This document shows, in pieces, positions 34,471 through 46,100 of a stretch of DNA of 64,000 bases. The stretch lies in assembly GCA_964035575.1 (NCBI GenBank), contig OZ037844.1, positions 1,178,001 to 1,242,000 of the forward strand, given 5' to 3'. The stretch's first letter is position 1, and every line of letters begins with the position of its first letter. The translations under genes were made by a program, and so were the position numbers. The notes beneath the pieces were generated by a model, which searched no databases, was not told the DNA's origin, and saw nothing but the letters and a program-made list of their open reading frames with translations. Source of the DNA: Rhynchopus sp. YZ270_cl-10. Lineage: Eukaryota.

Positions 34471-34615
34471 CGCAGTTCTTAGTCGGTCACTCTTCTTGAC
34501 CGTCCAGGGTTGCCACGGGGAGGCGACTGCGGTAGGTATAAAAGGGGTGAGGTGGTAAAAAGTAAATAAGTAAAAACAGGGTGGCACGTGGTGTTGTGTA
34601 ATGTGTATAAACCCC
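34471..34615 (-). ncRNA. Predicted HDV-like self-cleaving ribozyme at the LINE 5' end
   Basis: Minus strand: P1 GGGGUU (34615-34610), long J1/2, P2 CGCAGUC, P3 GCC, L3 UCCCCGU, P3' GGC, P1' AACCCU, GG (P1.1), P4 CGGUCA/UGACCG, J4/2 ACUAA (catalytic C 34482), P2' G(A)ACUGCG. Confidence 0.85.
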
Positions 34616-35463
34616 TTTCCGGTGATCAATTGTTTTGGCTTTGTGTTTCATGTCGTGGTCAGAGAAGGGCGTACCTTATGACCCAAAGAGAAAGTAAACG
34701 TGTGTTGTGTGTCATCATGTCCGGGTGGCCGCATCAACGGTTTCTGGAAAGATCTACCGTAGTAGTCGCCGTCAACCTGCCCGTCTCCAGAAGTTTGTCC
34801 ACATGCACCAGGTAGACACATGCAGTTTCCAAAGGTGAGCCTAGGGTCTTTTTGCACTGACTTTGGGGCCACAATACATTGCCTCACCCTAAGTCAGCGG
34901 GACGTTGCGCTACGGAGGGGTGTCCATGTCCAATCCTTGAGAATGCATCCACGGGCGGTCAAGAAAGGTTCTGAAGTCCCCCCATACCTTCCCAGCCAAA
35001 GCCTTCGGGCGGTCAAAGAACTCCTTCCCCTTTCCCCATACCTACTAGGATACATTCGCTCACGACTTAGCAGTTTAAGGTCATACTCAGGACCATCATT
35101 GCGGGTTATCGGCAACTGAACGAAACAATCTCAGACAAACTGGTCTCGGGCAGGCCAGTCGATGTGACAGCACGCCTACAGTGCGTGCACACACGGAGGT
35201 GCTGTGTGGTCATGTGTGGCCATGATGTGACGTATCTGTACACTTGGTATCGACAGCGATTATGCCAGCTGACCCGTGGTCGAACTATGCCTCTGGTGAG
35301 GCAGGAGTACCCGCAGGTGTGCGTGGTGTGGAGACACTACTCAGGGGTGTGCTTGCCGTCATGAGAGAAGTCTTCTTTGCTGTTTGGGTGTTGCGTTGGG
35401 GGATGGGGACAACGACATATGAGAACAGGAATGCACAAAAGAAAGGCCGTTTTATCTTTTATC

Positions 35464-35530
35464 CAAGAGACCCCCTCCCTCTCTGTCTTTCTCTCCGTTA
35501 CCCTTTAGCGGAGTAGCTTCGCTGCGTGCA
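35464..35530 (+). repeat. 67-bp direct repeat, right copy
   Basis: Identical to 24262-24328. Confidence 0.95.
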
Positions 35531-35775
35531 CATACTCTGACATTGCATGGGTACGAACGGAGGGTTCTTCGTGGACTGCCCTCTGGAGTTTCAATTTATA
35601 ACACACTTTCGTTATTGCAATTCCTTGATTTTGAAAAATCGGCGATCTGTGAGCGGGGTGAGATTTTTTTGCTCTCAGTAGAGTCTCACAGGTTCTCACA
35701 GCCTGTTGTGTGTATGAGCTTTATGTAAGACAGAGTCACTCAACGAACCCTTTTATTTTTTGCAAGAAATCAAAA

Positions 35776-37992
35776 ATGGCGAGGCAGGCAAAACGAATGA
35801 CATTCCAGCCTGGTGCGGGATTTCATGGTGCGGTCAGCAACCCAGTTTCCCCCCCGAAAAAATATATATCTCAAATTTAGGTGGGAGCTCCCACCCCCTC
35901 CCCCCAAAGGCCCGAGAGTAAGCCCTGGTTGTCGTGTTTCTCTTCCCCTCAGCACCTCCAAAGTTTATGCACCTTCAACACACCCTTTTTTTACAGAATG
36001 GGTCTCGCCCCACTACACATAGGAACGAAAGAACAATGAGTGGCACTGCGAACTCTTCTTCGGTATGATATTTGAAGTTCACCCTATTACTGTACACACT
36101 CGGCAAAGTCCCGCACTTTGTAAACTACACTGAGTTGTTTTTCAAACACGCATCCCATACACCACCACTGTGGTTTACCGAGGGAATAGCAAGACTAAGA
36201 TGTATACCGTTTCACTCCCCCATATACCCCCCCTCATTTGGGTTACTGTTTGAACGTGGAATAGATATTGTTTTTTTTTTTTTTTTGTGCAAGACTAAAA
36301 ATTTATTTCCACCACCAACAGAATGAAGCGCTCTTCGCAGAAACGGCTGCACTGTTCCACTCTCAGACAGAGAAGTTTTATGAAGGCAATGAGGCGCTTC
36401 TGAAGGCGACACTTAAGGCCAAGGAGGTTCTTTCAAGCACACCCGCGTCTTCCACTGGACACAGCACCCCTGCGGAAGCACCGATGGACGCGCCACAGCC
36501 GTTAATGCAGCAGCGACGCAAGATTCAACGTCTGCACGAGGTTGTGGTTGACGCCATGATCGGGCAGGCGAAAGAGGAGAAGCGCCAGCAGCGCGCCGTG
36601 CTTGCGGACAACGAAATCACCCTTGGGAAGGTGGTCACACAGAGCTTTGGGGGGGATGTGTGGATTGATGGTAGCGAGCCGAAGGAGATCACACGGCAGC
36701 TGCAGGAGCTGGAAAAGCTGCGCAAGGACATCCGCGACAACAGCAAGGAACTCCGCACGCTCCTGCACACCAACAGCAGCGAGGAGAAGAACACCGAAAC
36801 TGAGATTGCCCTCGAGGTGAACCGCCGCAAGCTCGACTACTACCGCCGCTTTGAACAGGACCTGCAAAGCCAGCACGCAGACTTCAAAGCCAAGAAGGCA
36901 ATCCACATCAAGGAGCAACGCCGCTTCCGCGACGAGGCGCACTCCCTCTACAGCAAATACCCTCTGCTCGACCACGGACGCTACCTGGTGCTTTCAATGC
37001 TTGGGAAGGGCGGCTTTTCGGAGGTATGGCGTGGATGCGACATACAGACCTGCCAGCTTGTTGCGATCAAGATTCATCAGTGCTGCAGTACCTGGACTGC
37101 AGAGAAGAAGGCGCACTACCTGCGCCATGCTAGGCGTGAGTTTGATATTCAGCAGCGTGCACGCCATGAGCGTGTGGTGTCCTTGCTGGACTGCTTTGAG
37201 CTGAACCAAGACTCCTTTTGCACGATCCTGCAGTACACACCCTACGGCGATCTCGACTCCTACATCAAGAAGCACCGCGAAATCCCCGAAGGCACCGCAC
37301 GCTGCCTCATCGTTCAGATCATCTCCGGGCTAGCATACCTCCACGAGCTCAAGGTCATCCACTACGATCTCAAGCCCGGCAACGTGCTCTTCTTCTCCCC
37401 CTCTGAAGTCAAGCTGACCGACTTTGGCCTTTCCAAAAACATTGTCGGAAGCGGCACCGCAGGCGAAGAGACTGCCATTGATTTGACAAGCCAGGGTTCA
37501 GGAACGTATTGGTATTTGCCCCCAGAATGCTTTGAGACAAGATTTGTACCAAAGGTGACAGCGAAGGTGGATATCTGGGCTGTCGGGGTTGTGTTCTACC
37601 AGATGCTGTTTGGGAAACGGCCGTTTGGGCATGACTCTACGCAGAAGCAGCTTTTTAGCAAGCAGATTATTTTCAATGCTGGTGCTGTTGAGTTTCCTGC
37701 TAAGCCGAAGGTGAGTGACACTGCGAAAGACATTATTCAACGCTGTTGCACACGCGAGTCCACACAACGCCCAAGCGCAGCAGAGCTCATCACAGAACCC
37801 TACTTCTTCCAAACAGTCGGCCCAGGCGCCAAACGCATGCAGCAACGCACCGCAGCAGTCGTTGCTGCCTCCACCAAACGCCCACGCACTCTCCTCACAG
37901 ACACCGCGAACGTTCAGAAGCTCCCCCCACCTACCCCACAAGACGCAGAAAAGGATGAGCAGCCCTCAGCTAAGCGAGCTAAAACGGGGTAA
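35776..37992 (+). CDS. TLK: Tousled-like Ser/Thr kinase; main exon 36322-37992, probable 5' exons 35776-35832 and 35997-36062
   Basis: Coiled-coil region, then LGKGGFSEVW, AIKIHQ, IHYDLKPGN, TDFGLSK, DLTSQGSGTYWYLPPECF, KRPFGHD. The 5' exons are inferred from in-phase GT-AG sites. Confidence 0.93.
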
Positions 37993-38011
37993 GGAACCCC
38001 CCCCCCCCCTA

Positions 38012-39197
38012 GGTGGGGGCAAAACCCCTATTTTTTTGAGGCATTTTGACTTTTTTGGACTTCCGCGCAAAGTACGTACAAACCACCCCTCATACCCACC
38101 CAGAAATGGGTCAGAAACACCCTGTGACCCGAAAATCCATGCTAAGGGCGACTCAGAATATGAAAAAATGCAAAAAAATAGTGAAAAAGTGGCCTTTTGA
38201 CGGTTTTGGCCATGTTGGGTAAAATGGCCATTTTTGGACAAAAAAATCAAAAAAACAGCAAAATTTCGACGTCATGACAGCTGCTTGGGCACAAACCTAC
38301 CCCAGGGAGGTCCTGTGAGTCCATTCCGACCTGTTTTGGACACTTTAGGTACTTTTTTTGGCCGTTTTTTGGTGTTTTTAGGTCAAAAAATACCCTGGAC
38401 TTTACCCTGGACGTCCCTGGGCCGCGACTTGCGCCCTGCTTTTGGACCCACTCTGGGCCAAAAAATGGGTGAAAACCCCCGAAAAAGCACTCCGGGAACC
38501 CAGATAGTTCCAAATATCCACTAGAAACCCACCCAAACACCTCAAAAACATGCCAGAAAAATATTTTCAAAAACACACTTTTTTCAAAAAGTTCATCTGG
38601 GCAGGTTCCATAATAACTTATTTGAAAAAGTGTGTTTTTAAAAATATTTTTCTGGCATGTTTTTGAGGTGTTTGGGTGGGTTTCTGGTGGATATTTGGAA
38701 CTATCTGGGTTCCCGGAGTGCTTTTTCGGGGGTTTTCACCCATTTTTTGGCCCAGAGTGGGTCTGAAAGCAGGGCGCAAGTCCGGTCCGGGGATAGTCCG
38801 GGGATAGTCCGGGGATGTTTTTTGACCTAAAAACACCAAAAAACGGCCAAAAAAAGTACCTAAAGTGTCCAAAACAGGTCGGAATGGACTCACAGGACCT
38901 CCCTGGGGTAGGTTTGTGCCCAAGCAGCTGTCATGACGTCGAAATTTTGCTGTTTTTTTGATTTTTTTGTCCAAAAATGGCCATTTTACCCAACATGGCC
39001 AAAACCGTCAAAAGGCCACTTTTTCACTATTTTTTTGCATTTTTTCATATTCTGAGTCGCCCTTAGCATGGATTTTCGGGTCACAGGGTGTTTCTGACCC
39101 ATTTCTGGGTGGGTATGAGGGGTGGTTTGTGGGTACTTTGCGCGGAAGTCCAAAAAAGTCAAAATGCCTCACCCGTCCTGAAGGTTTTGCCCCCACC
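38012..39197. mobile_element. Foldback element with ~550-bp inverted arms
   Basis: Outer TIR GGTGGGGGCAAAACC flanked by TA on both sides. Arms ~38037-38590 and ~38620-39171 are near-perfect reverse complements. Confidence 0.88.
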
Positions 39198-40113
39198 TAC
39201 CCCCCCCCCCCCCCCCCCCCAAATTTAAATTTAAATTTTATCGCGAAAAAAAAAAGTAGGAAATCTTAGAAATATGGCCAAAGTCTCTCCCTGAGTGTGT
39301 GGGGAAGGGATTTATGGATGTGCCCATCGGGCGCGTTCACTTCTCAAAGAAGGCGACTGAATCACAGAGGTTTTGGTGCCTGCATTCGTTTTTTTAATAT
39401 ATAAATGATGTGGAAATATTACTGCATCCAGCGGCATCAATAAGGTAGTTTCCAGAAAACAAAAGAAGGTATTGTTTGCAGCCAATAAAAAGAAGCGTTC
39501 ACTGCGAGGACAGGTTCTGGGGGGTTTTTTTGCACCCCTTCTTTTGGCGCCTAAGCAGGTGAGGAGTAGATTCATCTGTCAAGTTTTCTCTCTCTTTGCT
39601 TAGTGTGGAGATGGCCAACGGCAACAAACCAAGGTGGGGGGTATTTTTCTGCACCATGGTCAAACACTAAGGGTACACTGTCATGTGAAGGCTTTGTATT
39701 TCAAGTCGTATTTCATTTTTTTTCTTTTTCACAAACGTGTAGATTATCGAAATTCAGAATGCACAAAAACAAAAAAAAAGTACGTAGAACATCTCAATAG
39801 AGGGTGAAGAACCAAACGAATGCCCTCCCCCTTCCCTTCCCTTCCCCCTCCTTTCCCTTCCCTCTTTTTAATAGCATAAAACAAGGTAGAATCTTCAGTT
39901 GTCACTTCATCGTCATCTTTTTCAGGAAAAAAAAGCCCAACTGTTACACGATACACAAAAGACGCGGGCATTTTTTTTTTTTATTTTTTGTTGGTTTTTG
40001 GTGACAAATTTTGCCGAGAGAGCAAAAAGGGGTTTGCTTGTATAGCAAAAAAAGGTTTGTTGTTGTGAACCCTTGCTGCCTTCTGGCCTCAGAGGGAGGT
40101 GAACACTGGCACG

Positions 40114-43100
40114 ATGACGTCGACGCAGAAGGAGCTGAAGGAGGGACTCGTGCTCAATGAGACTGTCCATGATGACGGCACAAAGGAGTTTTCCTTCACA
40201 AACTCAACTGTCGATAAGCAGTTTATCTGCAAATATGGATTCAAAGGTGCAACACCTGAGGCGTTAGGAATAACAAAGATTGAGGTATGTTGGGCGTAAC
40301 ACCCCCTCTTTTTAGAAAACAAAAAAAAATATATATAGTGGAGTTCATCCTCGGGTGTCTACACTAATACAACCAAGTTTTCAAAAAAAAGTGAACTTTT
40401 AGACGGCTTTTAGAGTGAACTTTTGGACAGTGGAGATTGCGCCAACTGTGGCAACACAACCGAGGCAACTACACTACTCCAACAATTTATCAAAAAAAAG
40501 AGCACAAAAACAACTTTCATTCAAACCTTTTTTAGTTTAGTTTCCCTGAAGAAACTAGAAATATAACCTAAATTAAACCTATTTCTTCTCCACCCAATTT
40601 CACTAAAAACCCTCTTTTTTTTCCTCTCCAGGGAGAAAAGTGGATTGTGTCTGTCCACCCGAGTGAAACGCAGAAGTTTGTTAAGGGGAAGTGGACTGGG
40701 TTGACGAAGAGCATTGCGACAGGGCCGTGTTCGAAGGAGTGGCTTGAGAAGCAGGCAGGGGCGGCTAAGGATTCTAATGCAAAGGAGCTAGAGACTGTGC
40801 AGGCGATAATAAAGAAGGCCGGGCTGAAGGAGGCAGAGGCGACGTCCAATCAAGTGGCGGACCTCTGTGAAAAGGAAAAGGTGCCCTTCATTGACACAAA
40901 CTTCATGCCGCTTGACTGCAGCATGCAAGCCAAATGGCAGAAGGGTGAAATGAAGATGTTTCCCTTCAAACGTCCCTCGCAGTGGGAGGTACTTACAGAC
41001 GCAGGGCTCAAGCCGGAGCTCTTTGTTAACAAAATTGAGCCGGAAGATGTCAACCAGGTATGATTTTTATCAGATGTAACAAAATGGATTGTAGGCATGG
41101 TTGGAGGGGGGGTGTCCACCCTCCCCAGTACAGCCGGGTCATTGTACCAAGGTACATTGTTCATGAGAAGGCTTTGTATTTCAAATCAACTTTTTGTCTT
41201 TGTTGTGTTTAGTTTATTGTGGCCTATGTGTGTCAGGAGGTGCATCGATAATTACTTCTTTGCTAACTTCTTTATCTTTTCTATTGTTTTCGATGTTCAT
41301 GGCCAGTGTGCGCTGTCATGAGAGGGCTTGTGTATTTCACGTAACCCTTTTTTTGCACCTCAGGGCTCGCTGGCGGATTGCTATTTTATGGGTGCGATTG
41401 GGAGTGTGGCGACAAATGAGGATAACGTGCGGCAGATCTTCTCTGAGAAGCAGAACGCGAAGCTTGGGATTTACCGGTTGAATATGTGCAAGAGCGCGTG
41501 GTGGGAGACTGTGGTGGTGGACGACTTTTTGCCTTGCAGCGGGCCGAAACCTGCGTTTGCGCGGAACCGGGACGAGCCGAACGAGCTGTGGGTGGCACTG
41601 CTGGAGAAGGCGTATTCGAAGCTGAACGGGTCCTACTTTGCGATGAAGACGGGTCAATGCGCGACAGCGCTGGCAGACCTTACAGGCGCACCACACAAAA
41701 CAATGCCCATGACCGACGACGCCTGGGACGCCATGTACGACGCACACCAAAACGGCAACCTCCAAGTCCTCGGTACCCCCGGCAAGAACCTTATGTACGT
41801 GGACGAAGACAAGCAGTCCCCACAAGACAAGAAGATGTGGGACACCTACCGTGGTGTCGAGCTCATCTGCGAGCACTCCTACTCTGTCCTCAACCTCGTG
41901 GAGACCAAGAAGGGGCGTCTCGTGCACCTGCGCAACCCTTGGGGTACCACCAACCACGGCCTCTGGAAAGGCAAATGGGCGGCAGACGACGCAGATTGGA
42001 CACCCGCCTTGAAGAAAGAGGTATTGCCGCCCCCCTCTTCCGTTCTTTGATTTTATCTACCTAGTGAAATAAAGTTCACGTGCGTTTTTGCGATTTTACG
42101 TGTAAAAAAGAGTGATATAATATGGGCTTTATGTCACACTTTTTCTACAGAGAATGGCTGAAGAGTGACATAAAGACTTTATTTGATGACATAAAGTACT
42201 TTATGTCACTACCTGTACTGTGTACTGTGTACTGTGTACTGTGTACTGTGTACTGTGTACTGTGTACTGTGTACTGTGTACTGTGTACTGTGTACTGTGT
42301 ACTGTGTACTGTGTACTGTGTACTGTGTACTGTGTACTGTGTACTGTGTACTGTGTACTGTGTACTGTGTACTGTGTACTGTGTACTGTGTACTGTGTAC
42401 TGTGTACTGTGTACTGTGTACTGTGTACTGTGTACTGTGTACTGTGTACTGTGTACTGTGTACTGTGTACTGTGTACTGTGTACTGTGTACTGTGTACTG
42501 TGTACTGTGTACTGTGTACTGTGTACTGTGTACTGTGTACTGTGTACTGTGTACTGTGTACTGTGTACTGTGTACTGTGTACTGTGTACTGTGTACTGTG
42601 TACTGTGTACTGTGTACTGTGTACTGTGTACTGTGTACTGTGTACTGTGTACTGTGTACTGTGTACTGTGTACTGTGTACTGTGTACTGTGTACTGTGTA
42701 CTGTGTACTGTGTACTGTGTACTGTGTACTGTGTACTGTGTACTGTGTACTGTGTACTGTGTACTGTGTACTGTGTACTGTGTACTGTGTACTGTGTACT
42801 GTGTACTGTGTACTGTGTACTGTGTACTGTGTAGGTTGCCACAAGTTATATCCCCTTTTTACAGTTAAATCCCAAAAACGCACGTTCACTTATTTCACCG
42901 GTAGATAAAATTACGTATCTGGCTCTATAAAGCGCACTTCATATCACTCGGGGGTGGGGATGGTCAGAGTTGCACCACATATGACAACTCGCTATCGCTC
43001 GTTGTCATATTTCCTATTATCACACTCGCTGCGCTCGTGTGATAAAAGTGCAACTCTGACCACCCCACCCCCTAGTGATATAAAGTGCACTTTATATCAC

Positions 43101-46100
43101 CAGATTAATAATCATTCTTTTTACCTTTTCTGGGCTTGAAGGGGGGTGTGATTCGCACTTCTTGCGTACTTTGTGCACACCCCCCCGTTCAGCCACACCA
43201 TTTTCATTTTTTTCATTTTTTCTCCCCCTCATTTTTGCAACAATTTTTCAATTTGTTGTGAATCAAAACATTAAAAAACCATGAGATGTATCCGGAACAC
43301 CCTAGTGTTGTTCTCTTTTGATTCTTTTTGAAAGCTCTTTTTGCTACAGATTTTTGTCTACTCCAACACTAAACCCCCCCTTTATTTGCCCCTTTTCAGG
43401 TGAACTACCGCGATGGGGACGGCCTCTTTTGGATGTGTTGGGAGGACTGCGCGAAGTGGTTTGATTCTATCTCTACAGCCTATACTCTGCCCTCCTGGGA
43501 AACCGTGCGTGTCAAGGGTGAATGGAAAAAGGGTGTCCCCTCTGTCTGCGTCGAAATCGACGTCAAAGAGAAGACAATGATGTGGGTCGGCCTGCACCAG
43601 AGGGACATTCGTGGGCTCAAGCCTGGGTCCTGCGCGGATGCGAGCTATGCGTCGATGAACTTCTTCCTCGTCGCACCAAAGAAGGATGGCGTAAAGGTTG
43701 TCGAGTCTATCGGAACGTATGTTATGCTTTTCACTGTGAGGCCTTCTGCTGCCTCTTCAGTACCTTTTTTTCCTTGAGTCGGCAGGTGGGGATGGGGTTT
43801 TGTATAATTGTTCTCTTTCTATAGAACTCCCACCACAACAAACAAAAAAAAGCAAGGGTACTTCTTTAGCACCCTCTGTACCTTCTTTTCATTAGAAAAA
43901 GAATGTATATGAAACAATCTCTTTCTAAGAGCCCTTTATGCATTATTTGATTTGGGCTTTTTGCATATTTTACAGGCTATTTCCTAACTCTGGGGCGTTT
44001 TTTCCAAAATTTCGAAAAAGAAATGCAAAAAAAGTGCGGCATTTTCGTGAGGTTTTTTTCCGCTCAAGAGGGCGTTTTGTTGCATTTCCGAGCCAATCCC
44101 GGCTTGTGGTGGGGCATATTCGGAAAAATGGACAAAAATTTAGTGACTTAAATTTTCGCAAAATATGAACCCATACTCGTAAACAAGGGTCATTTTCAGG
44201 AAAATTCGGAAAATTCCGACATTTGGAAGCAATTTTCCCCCTGAAAAAAACAGTGGGTTTTCAGTTCCAAAACATACCGCGATTGGAATTTCCGGAATCC
44301 GCCCGCGCTGTGGTGGGGTCACTTTGCCGAAATGGCCAAATTCTTGGTTTTGGTCAAAATCCATGTAGGGTAAAGAGGGCCAAGGTAAATCCCACAACCA
44401 AATTTTCTCTCCCTGATCCTGACGTCTTGAAACATGAAAATGCCCGAAAACACCGGCATTTGCATTTTCGGAATCCGTGCGTTCTGTGGTGGGGTCAATT
44501 TGCCGAAATGGACAAGTTCTTGGTTTTGGTCAAAATCCGTCAGTGTAAGGTAAAGGGGGCAAGTGTTTGCCTGTAGAAACTGGTAGGGAACAAGAAGCGC
44601 CGCAGGCGCACGGTACCCAACTTTTTTTTTTGTACCTTTTCTCCACTTTCTTTTGATTGCACGAGCTGATTGCTCTCCACGGTGGGGTCATATGTGTCCA
44701 AAAACACTCTAAGGTACTATTATTCTGAAATAAGATTCAATGGTTTCTTAAGGAATCCTCATATCGTGATATCTCTGAAAACCCTCGAAAACGAACCCCG
44801 CCGGAGGCAGATTTTTTTTATACACATGTGCGCAAAAATACTTTTTTCTTGCTTATTTCGCACATTTGGGAGCACGGGACCCCAACATTTTTTTCCCTGG
44901 TCACTTTTTCCCAGACAGAAGTGCCCTACCTACCTTCCCCCTTAGGCGAAAAAAAAGTGCGGCAACCGGGAAAATTTGGTCGGTAAAAAAAGTGCGGCAT
45001 TTCCAAAATCTCAAATCCTAAAATCGAAACTCAGATTTAGGAAATAGCCTGATATTTTATCTATTTTTTTTTTTTTTTTTTTTGATAAATTGACGATGTA
45101 GTCATCTCGCTTTTCCAAAACAGGGGCAAGCGTGACAGATTCAGTCTTATCAGCGTGGACCCCGAGGTGAACCCAAAGCTCTTCCTTGTTGGTTCCCCGA
45201 AGGACGCTGCGACTGAGAAGAACTTCGTGCTCTCGCTCTGTGTCGAGACGGTGTCTGCAGTGAACCTCTTCTTCAACAAGCCTCTCCCAACCGCAAAGCA
45301 CTACGAATCTGCGAAGGACATTGTGCTCGCTGACTGGGAGGTCAGTCCCTTTGTCCATCAGGTATACCTTTTTAGCATTCCGCACATTTAGAAATTCCCC
45401 AAACACCCCCAAAATATTTAACTCTTTTTCATTTTTTTCGCAACTCAAAAAGAAACTCAGGTTCTTCCATTAGACCCTTTCTTTACCCCAGAAAGTCAGT
45501 ACCCTAAAGGGTCGATGTATTATGAGAGCTAACATTTTAATAGTATGATTTTTTCTGGAAATATAGTACTCATATTTCCTGAGGTACCCCCAATGCTGCT
45601 GAGGGAAATCGTCGACCGAAGCAGCATTGGGGGGTACCGAAGGAAATATGGTGCTATATTTCCAGAAAATTCATATTTTCATTTTCGGTAATATTGTCCC
45701 GACGCACAAATCCGCTCGTATTCTGTGTGTCAAAATGTGTATGTTATGTTGGTGGTGGTATGCTGGAAGGAGAGGGGTATTCAGATTCAACCAGAAAAGA
45801 GAAAAAAAGGGGTTTGGGAACTGTATATGATGATATTTACCGACGTGGGGGATGGGGAGGGTAGCTAGAACACTTTGTCACTTTGGGGCGTTGATCGTTA
45901 TGTGGAAGACGTTCCCGTTCCCGTCAGAAGTCTTTGTAACTTGGTTTGCTTGCGTCGGGGTTGGGGCTGCTGGCCCGGTGGCTGGTCCTGGGTCTGTCAA
46001 GAATGCTGCCACCTGTTTTTGAGTCTTGTTAGAGCCCTTCGTGTAGGGCCTTTCTCACAAGAAGGTACGCGCTCTCACCGGGGAGTTCCTCTTCGTCGCG

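Larger units (their letters stand above)
25856..34615 (-). mobile_element. Apparently intact ~8.8-kb non-LTR retrotransposon (Ingi/I-group-like)
   Basis: Poly(T) from 25856, 2.5-kb 3'UTR shared with copy 1, two long ORFs. The 5' end is placed at the predicted ribozyme cleavage site (inference). Confidence 0.92.

Noticed and set aside
35427..35710. snRNA, spliced-leader or tRNA gene as the target of the 67-bp duplication
   Set aside because: Has small hairpins, but I could not match it to SL RNA, U1-U6, 7SL or tRNA. An Rfam search is needed.
42122..42908. Long ORFs (VLCTVYC/STQYTVH repeats), likewise 50931-52145
   Set aside because: Artifacts of stop-free 7-bp arrays.
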